NCBI GenBank assembly: GCA_965240325.2 | Contig: OZ251248.1 | Coordinates: forward strand, 124,001 to 188,000 | DNA from: Rebecca billardiae RCC1528 | Taxonomy: Eukaryota; Protista; Haptophyta | DNA length: 64,000 bases | Direction: 5' to 3' | Shown: positions 22,625 to 38,390 of the stretch, one piece after another | Position numbering within the stretch: the first letter of the stretch is position 1 | How the letters are laid out: each line of letters opens with the position of its first letter | Translations under genes and position numbers: made by a program | Notes under the pieces: model-generated | Databases searched by the model: none | What the model was told of the DNA's origin: nothing | Seen by the model: the letters and a program-made list of their open reading frames with translations, nothing else

Positions 22625-25600
22625 ATGCTCACCGGCGCGCGCCGCCGGCTCGGCCTCGCCGTCGGGCTGTGCGCGTGCGCGCTGCTGCTGCTGCAGCATC
22701 AGCTCGTGCCCTCGTCCGGCGCGTCGATGCGCGCGGACGTGCGCATCGTGCAGCCCGCGGCGGCGACGGCGGCGGCGGCGAACGGCGCGTATGTGCCGAC
22801 GACGGAGAGCGCCGCCGCGCGCCGGATGGAGGCCGAGCCCTCGAAGCGCGCGGCGCGGCACGCGACGGCGGCGCCGACGTCGGCGCCGGCCGGCGGCTCG
22901 GCCGAGCCGCCGCCGCTGGAGGCGCACCCGCGCGCGCGCGTGGGCGGGGACGTGTACGACGAGCCCGTGCTGCTGCGCGAGGCCGCCGCCGTCGCGCGCT
23001 CGCTCCCCGACGGCCGCCGCCAGCTCGTCCTCGTCCCCACCTCCAAGTCGTACGCGCACCTCGGCCTGAATCTGCTGCTCAACTTGCAGCGGCTCGGGTA
23101 CGAGCACGTGCTGCTGCTCGGCGTGGACGCGGGCGTGTGCGCCGAGGCGACGGCGCTCTCGCCGCTCCCCACCTCGTGCGTCTGGGACGGCGGCTGGCAG
23201 CGCGACGCCGAGCGCCTGCGCCGCGCACGCCCGTGGCTCGGCTACTGCGTCCCCGGCCCGTCAGGCTGCCAGTACGGCCTCGAGCCGCAGGCGTCGTATC
23301 GGCAGTGGCTCTCGCGCTGGGTGGTGAACGCGCGGCTCGTCGCGGCGGGGTACGACACGCTCATGCTCGACGTGGACACCGCGCTCGTCGACGACGTCCT
23401 AGCCGTCCTCTCCGCGCCGCCGCTCTCTCGCTACCAGCTGTTGTTCCACGGAGAATCTTTCGGGGACCCGTTTGGAAACGTGCAGTGCGGGCTGGTGGCG
23501 TGCCAGGGCGCGCGGCCGGGCGGCGGCGCGGCGAGCGTGGTCGCGGGCTTCGCGCTGCGCATCTTCCGCTTCCTCGACACCGCGCACGAGCGCCGGCTCG
23601 CGCGCCCGCGCCCGCCTGTGCCCAACCGCACCGAGCTCTTCGACGCGCGCTTCACGCCCGCGTGGGCGGAGCTGATGCCCGCCAAGTTCTACTTTGTGTT
23701 CGACCAGGTGCACCTCGTGGACGTGGTGCAGTCGCAGGCACGCGCCCGGCGCGCGCGCGCGTGCGGGGGGGGGGGCGGGCGGCGCGCGCGCGTGGGCGTG
23801 CGCACACCGCCGGGCACCCCCGCCGCGGCGCGCCCGCCCGCACCGCCCACGCCGCCGCGCCGCCCCGCACTTCATCCCCTCCGCCCCTAACCCTAACCCC
23901 CTAACCCTACCCTTGCCCTAACCCCCTAACCCCGAACCCGAACCCGAACCGCCCTCGCGACGCGCTCACCACGCAGACGCTGGGCGTGAACACCTTCCGG
24001 ATGGCACGCGGGTACAACTGCGACGTCGAGTTCCACTCGAGCGCCGGACCGGACCGGCCGGGCGCGGTGCGCGAGCGCGGCGCGGCGGACGGCTCCGGGC
24101 GCGGCAGCGTCGCGGTGCCGGCGATGCAGGCGGCGGGCGCCAACCTGAGCGCGCTGCCGCCGCTCAGCGCGCGGCGCGTGAACGAGCTGTACAAGGCCTT
24201 CGTCGAGTCGCGCGGCGCGTCGCGCGAGTGGCGCCGCCGCGAGCTCATCGACGCGCTGCCGCGCGGCTGGCGCGAGAGGTTTGCTCTCGACCGCAGCTCG
24301 GCGGCGATTTACGAAGCGGACCTCACAGACGGCTGGCCCGCCGACACGGCCGAGCTGCCGCTCGAGGGCGGCGCGCCGCCGCTCGCGCCGATCCGCGAGG
24401 GCTCGCTCGCGCACAGCTTCCTGCGCCAGCTCGAGCGCGACCGCGCGGCGGGCGAGGCGCTCCGCGCGGCGCAGCAGCACTCCGACGGCGCGGCCGCGCG
24501 GCAGCCGCCGGGCGGCGGCGCGGCGGGCGCGGCCGCGGCGGGCCCCGGCCCACGCGCGCCGCCGTCGGAGCCGGAGCGCGTGGCGCTGCTGCCCACGTGG
24601 CTCGTCTCACACTGGCGCGAGGGTGCGCCGCGCCGGGCCGCCCCAGCCGCTGCGCGGCCGCCCGCCGTGCCGAGCGCCGCGCTGAGCGCCCACCCGAGCG
24701 CCGCGCAAGCCTGAGTCGCGCGCGCCGCGCCGCGCCGCGCCGCGTCGCGCGCACGCGCGCGGCCAGGGATTCGCGGCGGGTGGGGCGTGGACCCGCCCGC
24801 GGCGATCGCCGTGCACGCCACGAACGCGGTGGACAAGCTCCTCGTCCTCACCGCCAACGGCCTCTTCGACCGCCGCGCGTACGCCGCCGCCAACGACACC
24901 ATTCACGCGGACACCTTCATTCACCGCACGCGGCCGCCTGTGATTGGCTACCTGCCAGCGCTGGGCGGCGCGCGCAGCCTCGGCGCGGCGCGCGAGAAGG
25001 GGGGCGCGTACCGCCCGCCGCTGCAGTTCGACGCCGCCGACGAGTACAGGGCCGCCGTCCTGCAGGTGACCGCGGCGCCGCGCGGCGCGCGCGCGCGCGT
25101 GCGCGCGCACCACCGCCCCGCGGCTGCCGGCTGGTGGCGGCTGGCGGCGCGCGCGCGCGCGCGCGCGCTTGGCTGGGGCGGGGCGCGGCCGTGGCGCGCG
25201 TGCGCCGCCGCCGCCCGCGCGGCCACACCCGCGCGCTCACGCGCGCGCGCGCGCCCTCGCCGCCGCGCGTGCACGCAGGGCCTCCCCGCGGCCGCCGCCC
25301 TCTCCGGCCGCGTCCTTGCGTACCCGCGCGTGCCGTGCGCGTCAGCATGGCTGACGCACGAGCGCGCGCAGGGCGCGGGCTGGGCCTTCCGCGGCTGCCG
25401 CACGGGGCTGTGCGGCGAGTGGCGCGTGGTGGTGGTGGGGTATGCCAGCGAGGAGGAGGCGGAGGCGCGCGGCGCGATGCGGCGCGGCGGCGCGGGCACG
25501 CCGCCGCTCCCGCCGCGCCCGCAGCCGCTCCCTGCCGACAGCGGGCTCCAGTGTGCCATGCATCCAAACATGATGTGGCCGGACAGTCCGGTGCGCCACC

Positions 25601-26097
25601 GTTACGGCAGCTGCTGTAACGGCCACGCCGCGTTCAACAACGAGCGCTTCGTCGCCGTGGGGTACGCGCTCTCCGCGTGGGACCTCGAGGCCTACGCCGC
25701 GCAGCTCGGGCCCGCCGCGCAGCCGGCCGCCGGGCGTAACCTCGCCTTCGCCGCCGAGGCCGCCGAGCTCGCCGCCGCCGCCGCCAGGGGCGGCGCCGCG
25801 CCGCCGCTGCTGCAGGTGAGCGAGGCGCGGCTCCGAGCCGAGCTCGCCAGCTTCGAGGCGGAGCCGATCGTGTGGCTCGCGTGGCCGCTGAATGTGACCG
25901 ACCCCGCGGAGGGTCCGGGCCGGCTCGCGCACCGCATGCGCACGTTCTGCAGGCGCGACGACAAGAGCTCGCGCCCGAGCCTGCGGCGGCCAAAGCCGCC
26001 ACGGCCGGCGGCCGGCGACGGCGGCGCCGGTGCGGCCGACGCAGACGAGGCGGGCGACGCCACGCAGCCGCCAGGCGGCGATGACGCCGCCGCTTGA
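22625..26097 (+). CDS. Nucleotide-diphospho-sugar transferase (GT77-like), type II membrane protein
   Basis: N-terminal TM; LVAAGYDTLMLDVD (DxD motif); FDQ motif. Exons about 22625-23737, 23977-24622, 24767-25065, 25279-26097. Confidence 0.78.
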
Positions 26098-26337
26098 CGG
26101 CGGCGGCGGAGCGGGCGGCCGTAGTCGCGAAGCCGCCTCACGTCGGTCGTCGGCCGCGACACACACGGCGACTGCGGAGTGCGGCACCGGGTCGTCGTCA
26201 GCAGTCTCACTCAGTCACCGCCGACTGCCCGCCCGGGTGCCGGGACCGCCGCCTAGTGGGATCAGAGATCCGCGATGACCGTTACACTCCCGAGTGACAC
26301 AATCACTCCGCCCGCGACGAAACTTAATAATATAAGC

Positions 26338-28960
<2,623 letters not shown>

Positions 28961-30385
28961 CAGTGGGCCGCTCTCGCGGACCCGCCCGCCCGCGTCTCAC
29001 TACTCTCACTTGACTCACTACTACTAGTACTAGTATGGAGATCGATAGTTAATATATATAGTCGGGTCCGCCGCGGTCCGGTGCCTCCGATCAGGCTCAG
29101 GCGGCCTCAGCCTGACTGCGCGGCTCGCGGACCCAATCCGCGGTCGCTGCTCGGACGGCTCGGATAGCTCGATAGCTCCGCACGGTGACGGGGGCAGCGC
29201 TGCCGCGGCGCTACTCTCCTCATAAATAAACATTAGTATCAGGGCGCGGGCGGCGGGGTGCTGGGACGAATCAGAGAGGGGCTTCATCAATGGCGCCGCC
29301 AACCCCGCCTCGGGCGCGTGGACCCACAGCATGTCGCCAGGCGGTACGCCGGCGGGGCCCGGCCGGCAGCGAGTGCGGCAGCGGCATCGTGTAATCGTCC
29401 GGCGGCGGGCCCGTGCCCGGCCGCGGCAGCGCGGACCATTCGCCCGGACTGGCAAGCGGGACGTGTGCGCACCTCTCCAGTCTCCACCCGGGCCGTGCGA
29501 TCCATGCACGCGTTGGTTGGAGTGCGCCGCGTGCACGCATGCGCGCCGACCTGTTCGGGCGGTAGTACTCCGCGCCATCCGGCGCTATCCCGTATCCGGG
29601 ATCGGCGCGGACCGCGGAGGACAGCGGACAACCCTGCCGTGACGAGCGCGCGCAGCGTGGGCGAGCCGTGCGGCGGCGCGGCGCGAGTTGAACCGGACGT
29701 CAAGCACCGCACGCGCCGTGCGCCACTGCGCCCGCAACCAAGCCCCGCGCGGCGCATGAAGGCCCGCGCGCGGGCTCGTCGGAGAATTCTCGCCGCCATG
29801 CTTGATGTTGGTTGGGGCTGGTTTTGAGAACATGGCTCGATCGACTCGATACTATGAATCAGGGAATCACTCGAGCGACGAATAAGGGAACGTTCAAACC
29901 TGAGCAAAGTGAGTTTGCATGATGAGCTCTGAAAAAGCCCGCGAAAGTACCCCTTTTGGACGGCTCGACAGATGAAATTGTGTCGTGGCCGCCCGCGTCC
30001 TTTTCCGTAGTTGACATTCGGCGTCGCGCCAAATAAGTGCAATCACACCGCATCCCTTTTACTGACTGTACTGTTCTCACACTACTGCTCCTACTGTGAT
30101 CTCTTCTGATGAGAGACTTCGGTGCTTCACAAGCTTGCGGCTTGTGGCCACTGGCCAGTCCAGTGGCGCGGCGGCCGCTCGGCGACCAGAGGCGGACAGG
30201 GCGCGCGGCGATCTCGCTGCGCTTCGGCAAGTCGGTCGGCTGTGGCGGCCCCCAATACTTATTCCGCCGCGGCTTGCCCCACAAGCGCGGGCTTGGCGGC
30301 GTCGCTCGCCGCGTGAAGCACAGGCGCGCCGGCCTCTGGCGGGCGAGCAGCAGGGGCGCGCGTCGCGTGGTGCGCGTCGGGCGCG

Positions 30386-33124
30386 ATGGCGGACGACTCG
30401 ATCCCGTCGCTCATCGGGCCCAAATCCAACCAGTATCAGCTCGACCGGACACACCTGCTCGGCGACGGCCACTCTGGGCAGGTGTACGCGGGCTGGAAAG
30501 TGAACAACAAGTCGCTGCAGGTGGCGATCAAGCTCGACAAGACGAGCGGCGCGAAGCACGAGTGGGCGATGCTGAAAAAGATGCAGGGGAAGGGCGTCCC
30601 CACCGTGCACTACACCGGTGCGGCGCGTCGCGCGGGCGGCTCGGCGGCGCGATGGCGCCGCGCCGCGCCGCGCGCTCGGCCGCGCACGCGCACGGGCGGG
30701 CGGCGCGCGCGAGGCGGCGCGCGCGGGCGCGCGCTCACGCGCACGCGCGCTGCCGCCGCTCCCCGCCCCGCCGCTCTCCCGCCGCTCTCCCCGCCGCCTC
30801 GGGCGCGCAGGCGTGTCTGGCAAGTGGCACGTGTGTGTGATGGACCGGCTCGGCCCGACGCTCGCGACGTGGGCGGACTCGATGCGGTATACGCACCCGC
30901 ACTCGCACTTGCGAGAGCAGGTGAGCGCGGTGGGGCGCAAGCTGCTGCGGCTGCTGCAGGGCCTGCACGAGAAGGGCGACATCCACGGCGACGTGAAGCC
31001 CGAGAACTTTCTCGTGCCGTTCAAGCCGAACGGCGACCAGGGCCCGGCGACCAACATCGACATGGTGCGGCACGACCCGGTGATGGTCGACCCGGGGTTC
31101 TCGTCGTCGTGGCGGAAGAAGGGCTCCGACAAGCACATCGACTACTCGCAGGCGCTCGGCCAGTTCCACGGCACCACGCGCTACGCGTCGCTGCACTGCC
31201 ACGCGGGCCGCACGCTCGCGAGGCGCGACGACCTCGAGAGCCTGGGGTACACGGTGCTGTACCTGCTGCAGGGGCGGCTGCCGTGGCAGGGGCAGGAGGG
31301 CGCGGACAAGGAGCAGCGCGACCAGAAGGTGCTGCGCATCAAGGGCTCCATGACGCCGTCCGCCATCTGCGCCACCGCGCCGCCGCAGGTGCGCACGCGC
31401 GAGCGAGCCGCGCCGCCGCGCCGCATGCGCCGCCGCGCCCGCGCGCCGCGCCGCGCCGCGCGGGCACGCGCGCTGACACCCGCCGGCGGCGCGCGCGCCG
31501 CGGCGCGCGCAGATGAAGTACTTCATGACGTACGTGCGCCAGCTGCCCTTCCAGGAGGACCCGGACTACGAGTTCCTCGACCACTGCCTCAACTTTGGCG
31601 ACTACTCGCACATGCCGTCGTGGCACGCGCGGCTCAAGAGCCTCACCGACTCGGAGGAGGCGGCGGCGCCCGCGGCGGCGGCGCCGGCGGGGACGAAGCG
31701 GAAGCGCGAGAAGAACGACACGGGGCCCGAGGAGGACCGGCCCGTCGCGAAGCGGATTAAGACCGAGCCGCCGCAGGAGCCGTGCCGCGCCTTCATGTGG
31801 TTCGTCATCTCGAACAACCCGCTCGAGGGGCGCGAGGCGTACACATCGCACACTACCTACCAGAACCTTCTGAACAAGGTGAACGAGTTCTGGAAGCAGG
31901 GGCTGTGGATCAAGCACATCTGCTTCGACGGCTCGGTGTACACGGCGCTGTTCAACTCGAACCACAAGTACGCGCAGCAGACGCTCTCGCACCAGACCTC
32001 GCTCGAGGACCTCAAGCGCTTCATCAAGGAGTACTGGAACAAAGGCTACTACGTCACCTCGCTCGCGCGCGACGCGGTCGGCTGGGGGATCGTAGTCACC
32101 AAGTTCCAGGTGTGTGTGTGCGCGGGCGTGTGTGTGCGCGCGCGCGAGTGTGCGTGTGCGTGGGCGTGTGGGCGCGGGCGTGTGGACGTGGCCTTGGGCG
32201 TGGGCGTGGGGCGTGGGCGTGGGGCGTGCGCGGGCGGTGCCGCGCCGTCGCGTGCCCCGCGGTGCAGTGGCGAGGGGGGAGGCTGGGCGGCCGCGGCGCG
32301 CGGCGCCGCGCTCACGGCCGCACCCGACCCCACCGCGCCGCCGCCTCGCCGCCGCCTCGCCGCCGCCGCCGCGCGGCGCCGCGCAGCCGCACCAGGCGTA
32401 CTACAAGCAGTCGTACTGCGTCTCGTGCATGATCCCGATCAACTGGATCAAGCAGAAGTGGCAGAAGGACTTTTACATCTCGTGAGCGCGCGCCTCCCGC
32501 GCGCGCGCGCGCGCGCGGACGGGCCGCGCGCCATCGGACCGTCGGGCTGCCCGCAGCGGCTGCGGACGGCCTCGACAGCGGCGTGGCGCGCCGCGCGCGG
32601 TGCCGACACCGTCGCCGCCTTCGAGGGCGCCCTCGCCCGGGCCGCGCACCACCCCTCCGCGCGCGGCGCACACGCGCAACACACGCAACCCTGCACTCAC
32701 GCACGCCGCGCCCCACCTCGGCGCACTCCCTCCCGCCGCCGCCTTTGCCGCCGCCGCCTTTGCCGCCGCTTGTCGCGTGCCGCCGCTGCCGCGCGTGCGC
32801 GTGCGCAGCTGCTGCGCGTTCTCCGAGGAGCCGCAGCTCGCGTCCGTGATCATCATGAGCAAAGGCGAGCCGTACTGCTCGCAGAAGGTGGAGGTCGACT
32901 TCAAGTACCCCAGCGAGGTGATCCACAAGCACTGGGACGCGGGGTACATCATCACCAACGTGGCCTCGTGGCAGGACCAGAACGTGTTCGTTCTGTCCAA
33001 GCCCAAAAACACAACCTTCTCGACGCAGGTCTCCTCGCGCACGCGCGACTACAAGAAGGAGATCAAATCGGCGTGGGACAACAACAGATCGATGGTCACG
33101 CTCGGCTACTGCCGCGTGACATGA
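30386..33124 (+). CDS. Casein kinase 1-related kinase, MUT9-like (MLK/PPK type)
   Basis: HGDVKPENFL, GTTRYASLHCH, RRDDLESLGY; C-terminal repeats including QKVEVDFKYPSEVIHKHWDAGYIITNVA. Exons 30386-30617, 30811-31388, 31513-32109, 32387-32481, 32809-33124. Confidence 0.88.
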
Positions 33125-34904
33125 GCGGCGCGCCGCGCGGCGCGGGGCTCCGCCGCGCGCGCACGCCGGCCGAGCCGAGGAGCGACCGACGGGCGCGCGC
33201 GCAGGCTGTCAGCCGTCGCCGGCGGACACTCAGCGCCGCGCTGCGGCCGCGCGGCCTCGCGCCGGCCATGCCGCGGCCATCCGCCGCGCCACTGCCCGAG
33301 CGCCTGAGCGGGGTGCCTCGGGCGCGTATCTGAAGAGCCGGCGATCGCATGGACGAATGGGCGGACTCCGATGATGTCGACCTAGTGACAATGACGCCTG
33401 ATGAGCCGCACAGGATGAGGAGCCGTATTATCCGCGGCGCCGCCGGCGAGCCCGGCGACGGCGCCCGGCATCGTCACCGTCTGCTCGTCCGCGGGGCTCC
33501 GCCGCCTGCCGGAGTCCGGACTCACTCCGCCTCCGGACTGGACTGGTGCGACTGCATCGTCGGCCGGGCGCGGCCCGCTGCGCGGTCCTCTTAGCCGCGC
33601 GCCGGCTGCCCGTGTGGTGGTGGCGTGGCATCCTCGCAGGCACCGGGCCTCCTCATCTGCCCCGTGGCCTGCCGCACAGCTCCCGCCTGACGCTCGCCCG
33701 GTCCTCTCAATGCTCACGCGACTGAGATGCGTACGCCGGGCGCTGCGGCGGACACGTGTCAAGTGCATGCGAGTTGCGATGCACCCCGCCTGCCAGCTGG
33801 GCCCGGGGTGCATGTAGCGCCAGTGGACAGCGCAAGCGCATGTTTCGTCTGATGTGAATGCCCTCGCCGGCAGGTGCCCAGGGCGCTTGTGGTGGTAGCG
33901 CCGCAGCCTGATGCGGCCCTACCGCGTCGGCGCGTGACAAGGCGCGGCGGCGGCATGGCAGAATCGGCAACGCGGTGTGCGGCTACCGTCAAGGCAAGGC
34001 AGTGCCGGCAAACGCGCTGCGCCGTTGTACATTGTCAGAACGCATGAGCAGCGCTAGCCGCAGCGCAGTTGTTTGCACGGCCGCTACAGGCGGCCGGCCG
34101 CCACCGGTCGGCCGCGCCGAGAACTCAGTGAGTGGCCGGACCTGAGTCACTGAGTGAGTGACTGACTGAGTGAGTGGACCGGCTCGGCACTCACTCTCCG
34201 GAACGGCTTGAGACTGCACGTGCGGTGACGACATGATGACGACGTTATGGGCCGAAGCCTGCTACATCAGCAGACTGTAACGGGCGCCGGGCTGTCGGAA
34301 TAACGGCTCCCACGCGCGCGATCGGCGACGACGGTCACGGCGACGACCCGCCTGTCGACCGCCGTCGACCGCGTAATACGACTCGTCTGCACAACGACGA
34401 TTATAAAGTTATAAACGTAGTATAGTAGTAGATCGATTATATTATAATTAGATATTGTAGCAGCCCACCTGCTGAATCATCGTGTCCATCGTCGTCTCAT
34501 CGGCGGCAAGGCGCCAAGGCGCGAGCCTCAGCCTGCGGCTGCGCTGCTGAAAATGCAATAATCGAGACATCCGAGTGATGCTCGCATCGATGGGGCCGGC
34601 GCCGGCCGTGATGGGTGTACCGCTCGGACGGCTCGTGCCTCGTGGAATGCCGGGTGGCGAATGACCACACGGCACCTTGCTCGCGAGGGTCCCCGAGGGC
34701 GGCCGGGCGTGGCCGAGCTGACTCCTCAGCCCGGCTGGGCGCCCGCCGCCCGGCCGCAGCGGCATTGCCGCCGCCCGTGCCTCCGCCCCAGCGGGCGCCA
34801 GTCGCCGCCGGCACGCCAGCCCGTGCGAGTGCGGGGCGACGCCCCACGCTTCCGCGCCTCCGCGAGCACGCGCCCTCGAGCGGCCGCCGCGCCCGGAGCC
34901 GCGC

Positions 34905-35428
34905 TCAGTCGAAGATGCACCGCACGTCACGCGCGGGCGCGCGGCAGAGGGGACACAGCCACTGCGAGCGCGGCCGCACCTTGATGGAGGTGGCGCAGCG
35001 CTCGCACACGCACTTGTGCATGCACAGCGAGGACTCGTCGACGGGCACGAAGGCGTGCGTCTTCTTGAGCTCCATGCAGATCACGCACAGATCGTCGTGC
35101 GAGACGGCGGTGTACGACCCCTGCGCCGGCGGCGACGGCTGGAGACTCATCATCGGCGGCACGCCGCCGCTGTGCCCGCCGCCGCCGCCCAGGGCGGCGC
35201 CCCGGCCGAGCGCCGGCGTGCCCGCGTCCGCGGCGCGCGCGGCTGAGCCGTGCGCCGCCGCGCCGGCGAGCATCAGAGACTTGGCCTGGGCGAACTCGGT
35301 CTCGGTCAGCAGGCCCTGCGCGCGCATGCGCCCGAGCTCAGCGAGCTCCGCGGCGACGCGTTGCCCGGCGGTCGGCCCCACGGCCGCGGCCGCGGCCGCG
35401 GCTGTGGGCGTGCCCGGCTGGCCGCCGC

Positions 35429-35470
<42 letters not shown>

Positions 35471-37898
35471 CGCTGCCGGCAGGCGACAGCCTCATGGCTG
35501 GCAGGTGGCTCAGGCCGGCGGCGGCTGGGGGCAGGGGGGTGTACGACGCGGCGCGCGCCGCGCGCCTCTCCGAGCCGATCGGGAGCTGCTGCGCCTGCTG
35601 CTGCTGCTGCTGCTGCTGCTGCGCCTGCTGCGTCTGTGCGTGATGCGCTGTGAAGAAGCCAGCTGGGGACGAGGACCCCCCGGCCCCAACACCAGCCCCC
35701 GCCTGCGCGAGGCAGGCGGGCGGCTGGGCGGCAGCAGTCCGGCTAAGGCCGTCCGCGCCCGCGCCAACCGCGCCTCCCGGCATCCCGGGCGGCGCGTGCG
35801 CCGCGCGCACGCGCGGCTGCTCGCCAAGCGCCGCCGCCGAGCCGTGCGCGCCCGCCGCCGAGCCGGGTGTGCCCCAGCCGGGCGCCGCGCCCACGGCCCC
35901 CGCGTGCGGCCCCACCGTCGAGGGCGCCGCCACGGCGCACATGCACCCGCCGCCGCGCGCCAGACCCCACCGCAGCCCCGCGTCAACGTGCGCCTGTGTG
36001 AACTGGAAGATGGGCAGCGACAGTGCCGACACGGCCGCGTCCGCCTCGTCCTGCGCCAGGCCGGCGAGCATCAGCCGGCGGTAGATCGTGTCACGGATGC
36101 CGCTGGACATGCCGCCGGCTGGCGCCGTGGGCGAGAGCGCGCTCTCGGCTTGCAGCGGGAAGGGCGCAGCGGCGCGCGCGCCGCCCTGCGGCTGCGTTGG
36201 CCGTGCCGAGCCGATCCCACCCACAGCCGGAGGCGGCGGCGCGGCGCCGGGCGGCAGCGAAGGCGTGTGCGGCGCGTGCGGCGGCGGCAGCGCGCACGGG
36301 CCGGGCGCAGCCTGCTGCGGCCCGCGCGCCGGCTGCGCGCCCGCAGCGGGCGAGTGCGCCGCGGAGCCAGCAATGCCGCGGCAGCTCGGTGCGCAGCCCG
36401 CGGCCCCACGGCCGGCGCCGCCGCCGTCGCGCGGCTGTGGGGCGGAGAGGGCGGCGGCGGCCGCGGCGGCGGCGGGCGCGTGGGGGTCGCCGCCGCTGCG
36501 CGGCGGCGCGTGGACGGGCGTGCAGGCGGGCGCGGCGCTCCCGCCGCCGCCCTTGCGCTGCGAGGGTCCCTTGCGAGCCGCCGCCTTGGCGCCCGCAGCA
36601 CCGCTCGCCGCCGCGCCGCCGCCGCGCGCCGCCGCGCGTGCCGCGTGCGGCGGCGTGGCGTGCGCGCCGCCCGGCGCCGGGCTCGGCTGCTGCTCGCGCG
36701 CGCCGGGGTGCTGCGTGGGCGACGGCGCGCTCGCCTCCGCCTGCAGGACCCCCTCCGACGTCGCGCGCCCGCCGCACGCCGCCCGTGCCCGCGCCTTCGC
36801 CGCCTCCGCCTCCGCCTTGTAGCGACTCTCAAGCGCAGCCTGGAGCTCGAGCGCGCGCATGCGCTGCGCGGCGGCCTCGGCGGCGTGCTGCACCTCGACG
36901 CGCTCCGCCTCGGCCTGCGCCTCCTTCCGCGCAGCGCGCTCCGCCGCCTCCACGCGCTCCGCCTCCGCGCGCAGCCGCTCCTGCCGCTCCGCCCATTCGC
37001 GCCGCCGCCTCGCCTCGTCTGCCTTTGCCGCCTTGGCCTTGGCGGCGGCGTCGGGCTCGGCGGCGCGCTTGCCCTTGGCGCGGCGCGGCGCGCGGCCCGG
37101 AGCCGCGTCCGCGCCGTCCTCGCTGCCCTCGGCCGCGCCGCCACTCCGCTGCGCCGCGCCGCCGCCACCCGCCGCCGCCGCCGCCGCGCCGCCGCCGCCC
37201 GGCGCCCGAAGCAGTTCAGAGCACAGCGTGGCCGCGCCGGCACACACTGCGGCCGCATCGCCCGCGAGCACGGCGGCGAGCAGCGCCCGGGCGTGCGCGG
37301 CGCGCGGCGCGGCGGCGGCGCCGCGCGTGGGCGCCGCGAGCCACGTGAGCACGCTCGGCAGCACGATCGGCAGCGTCAGCGGGACCAGGCCCGCGCCGAG
37401 CAGGAACGTTACCAGAACGTTCTCGTTGCCCGCCCCCCACCAGACGCCGCCGAAGCAAAGGGCGGCGACGGCGGCGCGGCGCCACGCGCGCGCGCGGTGC
37501 CTCGCGTCGTCGATCGCGCAGATCCGCACGACGACGGGGAAGCTGCACGCGTACAGCACGAGGATCAAGTACACAAGCGAAGCGTTCTCCGCTTCTTCCG
37601 GCGAGAAGGACGGCGCCGTCGCCTGCCGCCACGTGGAGACCTGCATCTTGGAGGCGTCGGGCGCGGCGCGCGGCGTGGTCTCGCGCTCGAGGATCTCGTC
37701 GATCCGCGCGCGCTCCGCCTCGCTGATGCGCGAGCCCAGCGCGCCGTCCGCGTCGGTGAGCGTGACCACGACCATGCCGAGCGCGCCCGCCACAAACAGC
37801 ACGAGGTACACCATGCACGCGGTCTGGGCGCGCGCCTCGGCGGGCGTCGAGGGGCGGTACGGGTTCCAGAGCACCTCCTCCACGCGTATGCGCCGCAT
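34905..37898 (-). CDS. Membrane-anchored RING-HC E3 ligase-like protein with SHOCT domain
   Basis: N-terminal TM helices, coiled coil, polyQ/polyG, SHOCT-like ELAELGRMRAQGLLTETEFAQAK, C-terminal CVICM...CMHKCVCERC...CPLCR. Confidence 0.8.
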
Positions 37899-38390
37899 GC
37901 CCGCGCGCGCCAAGCCCGGCCTCCTCCGGCCGGCCTCCCGCGAGCTCGAGCGCGCCGCTGCCTCCGCGGCGACCACCGTCGACGCGTCAAAAGCCCTGCG
38001 CGATGACTTTTCAGTCGCGCAGCCTGCGCTGGTGCGCAAGCACTGCGCGCGCGCTGCGTGTGCAGCGCCAAGGCCGCCCAAGGCGGGTAAAGTCAGCCCG
38101 TACTGTAGCTGTTCACAAATCACACGACAGCTCTCACAGCGGATGAATACACACGAGCGGCTAGATCTCCCTCGTCACAGCGTCAGACATAAGCTACGAC
38201 GATGACGATACAGTCCGTCACACTTGCATCATCTAGATGCGTGTGACCCACGGCGATTGAGCGTAGGAGTGGGCCCAGCGGCGGCGGCATGACGGCGACG
38301 GCATGGAGCATGGCGCGACGCCATATATCGTCACTAGCAGGACGGATGCGCCCGCGGTCCCTCGCCAGCGCGGCCACGCTGTGCGCGCGC

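Noticed and set aside
29240-29830. Possible small minus-strand gene (fragments such as GIAPDGAEYYRPN)
   Set aside because: I could not build a consistent exon chain or recognise a domain.
29830-30130. snRNA/snoRNA in an AT-richer patch (CCTTTTAC, ATGATGA, CTGA)
   Set aside because: No full U5 loop, closing stem or convincing box C/D geometry; an Infernal/Rfam scan would settle it.
35250-38006. Very long Arg/Ala/Gly-rich ORFs here and throughout
   Set aside because: Antisense or off-frame shadows of real genes; stop codons are rare at this GC content.
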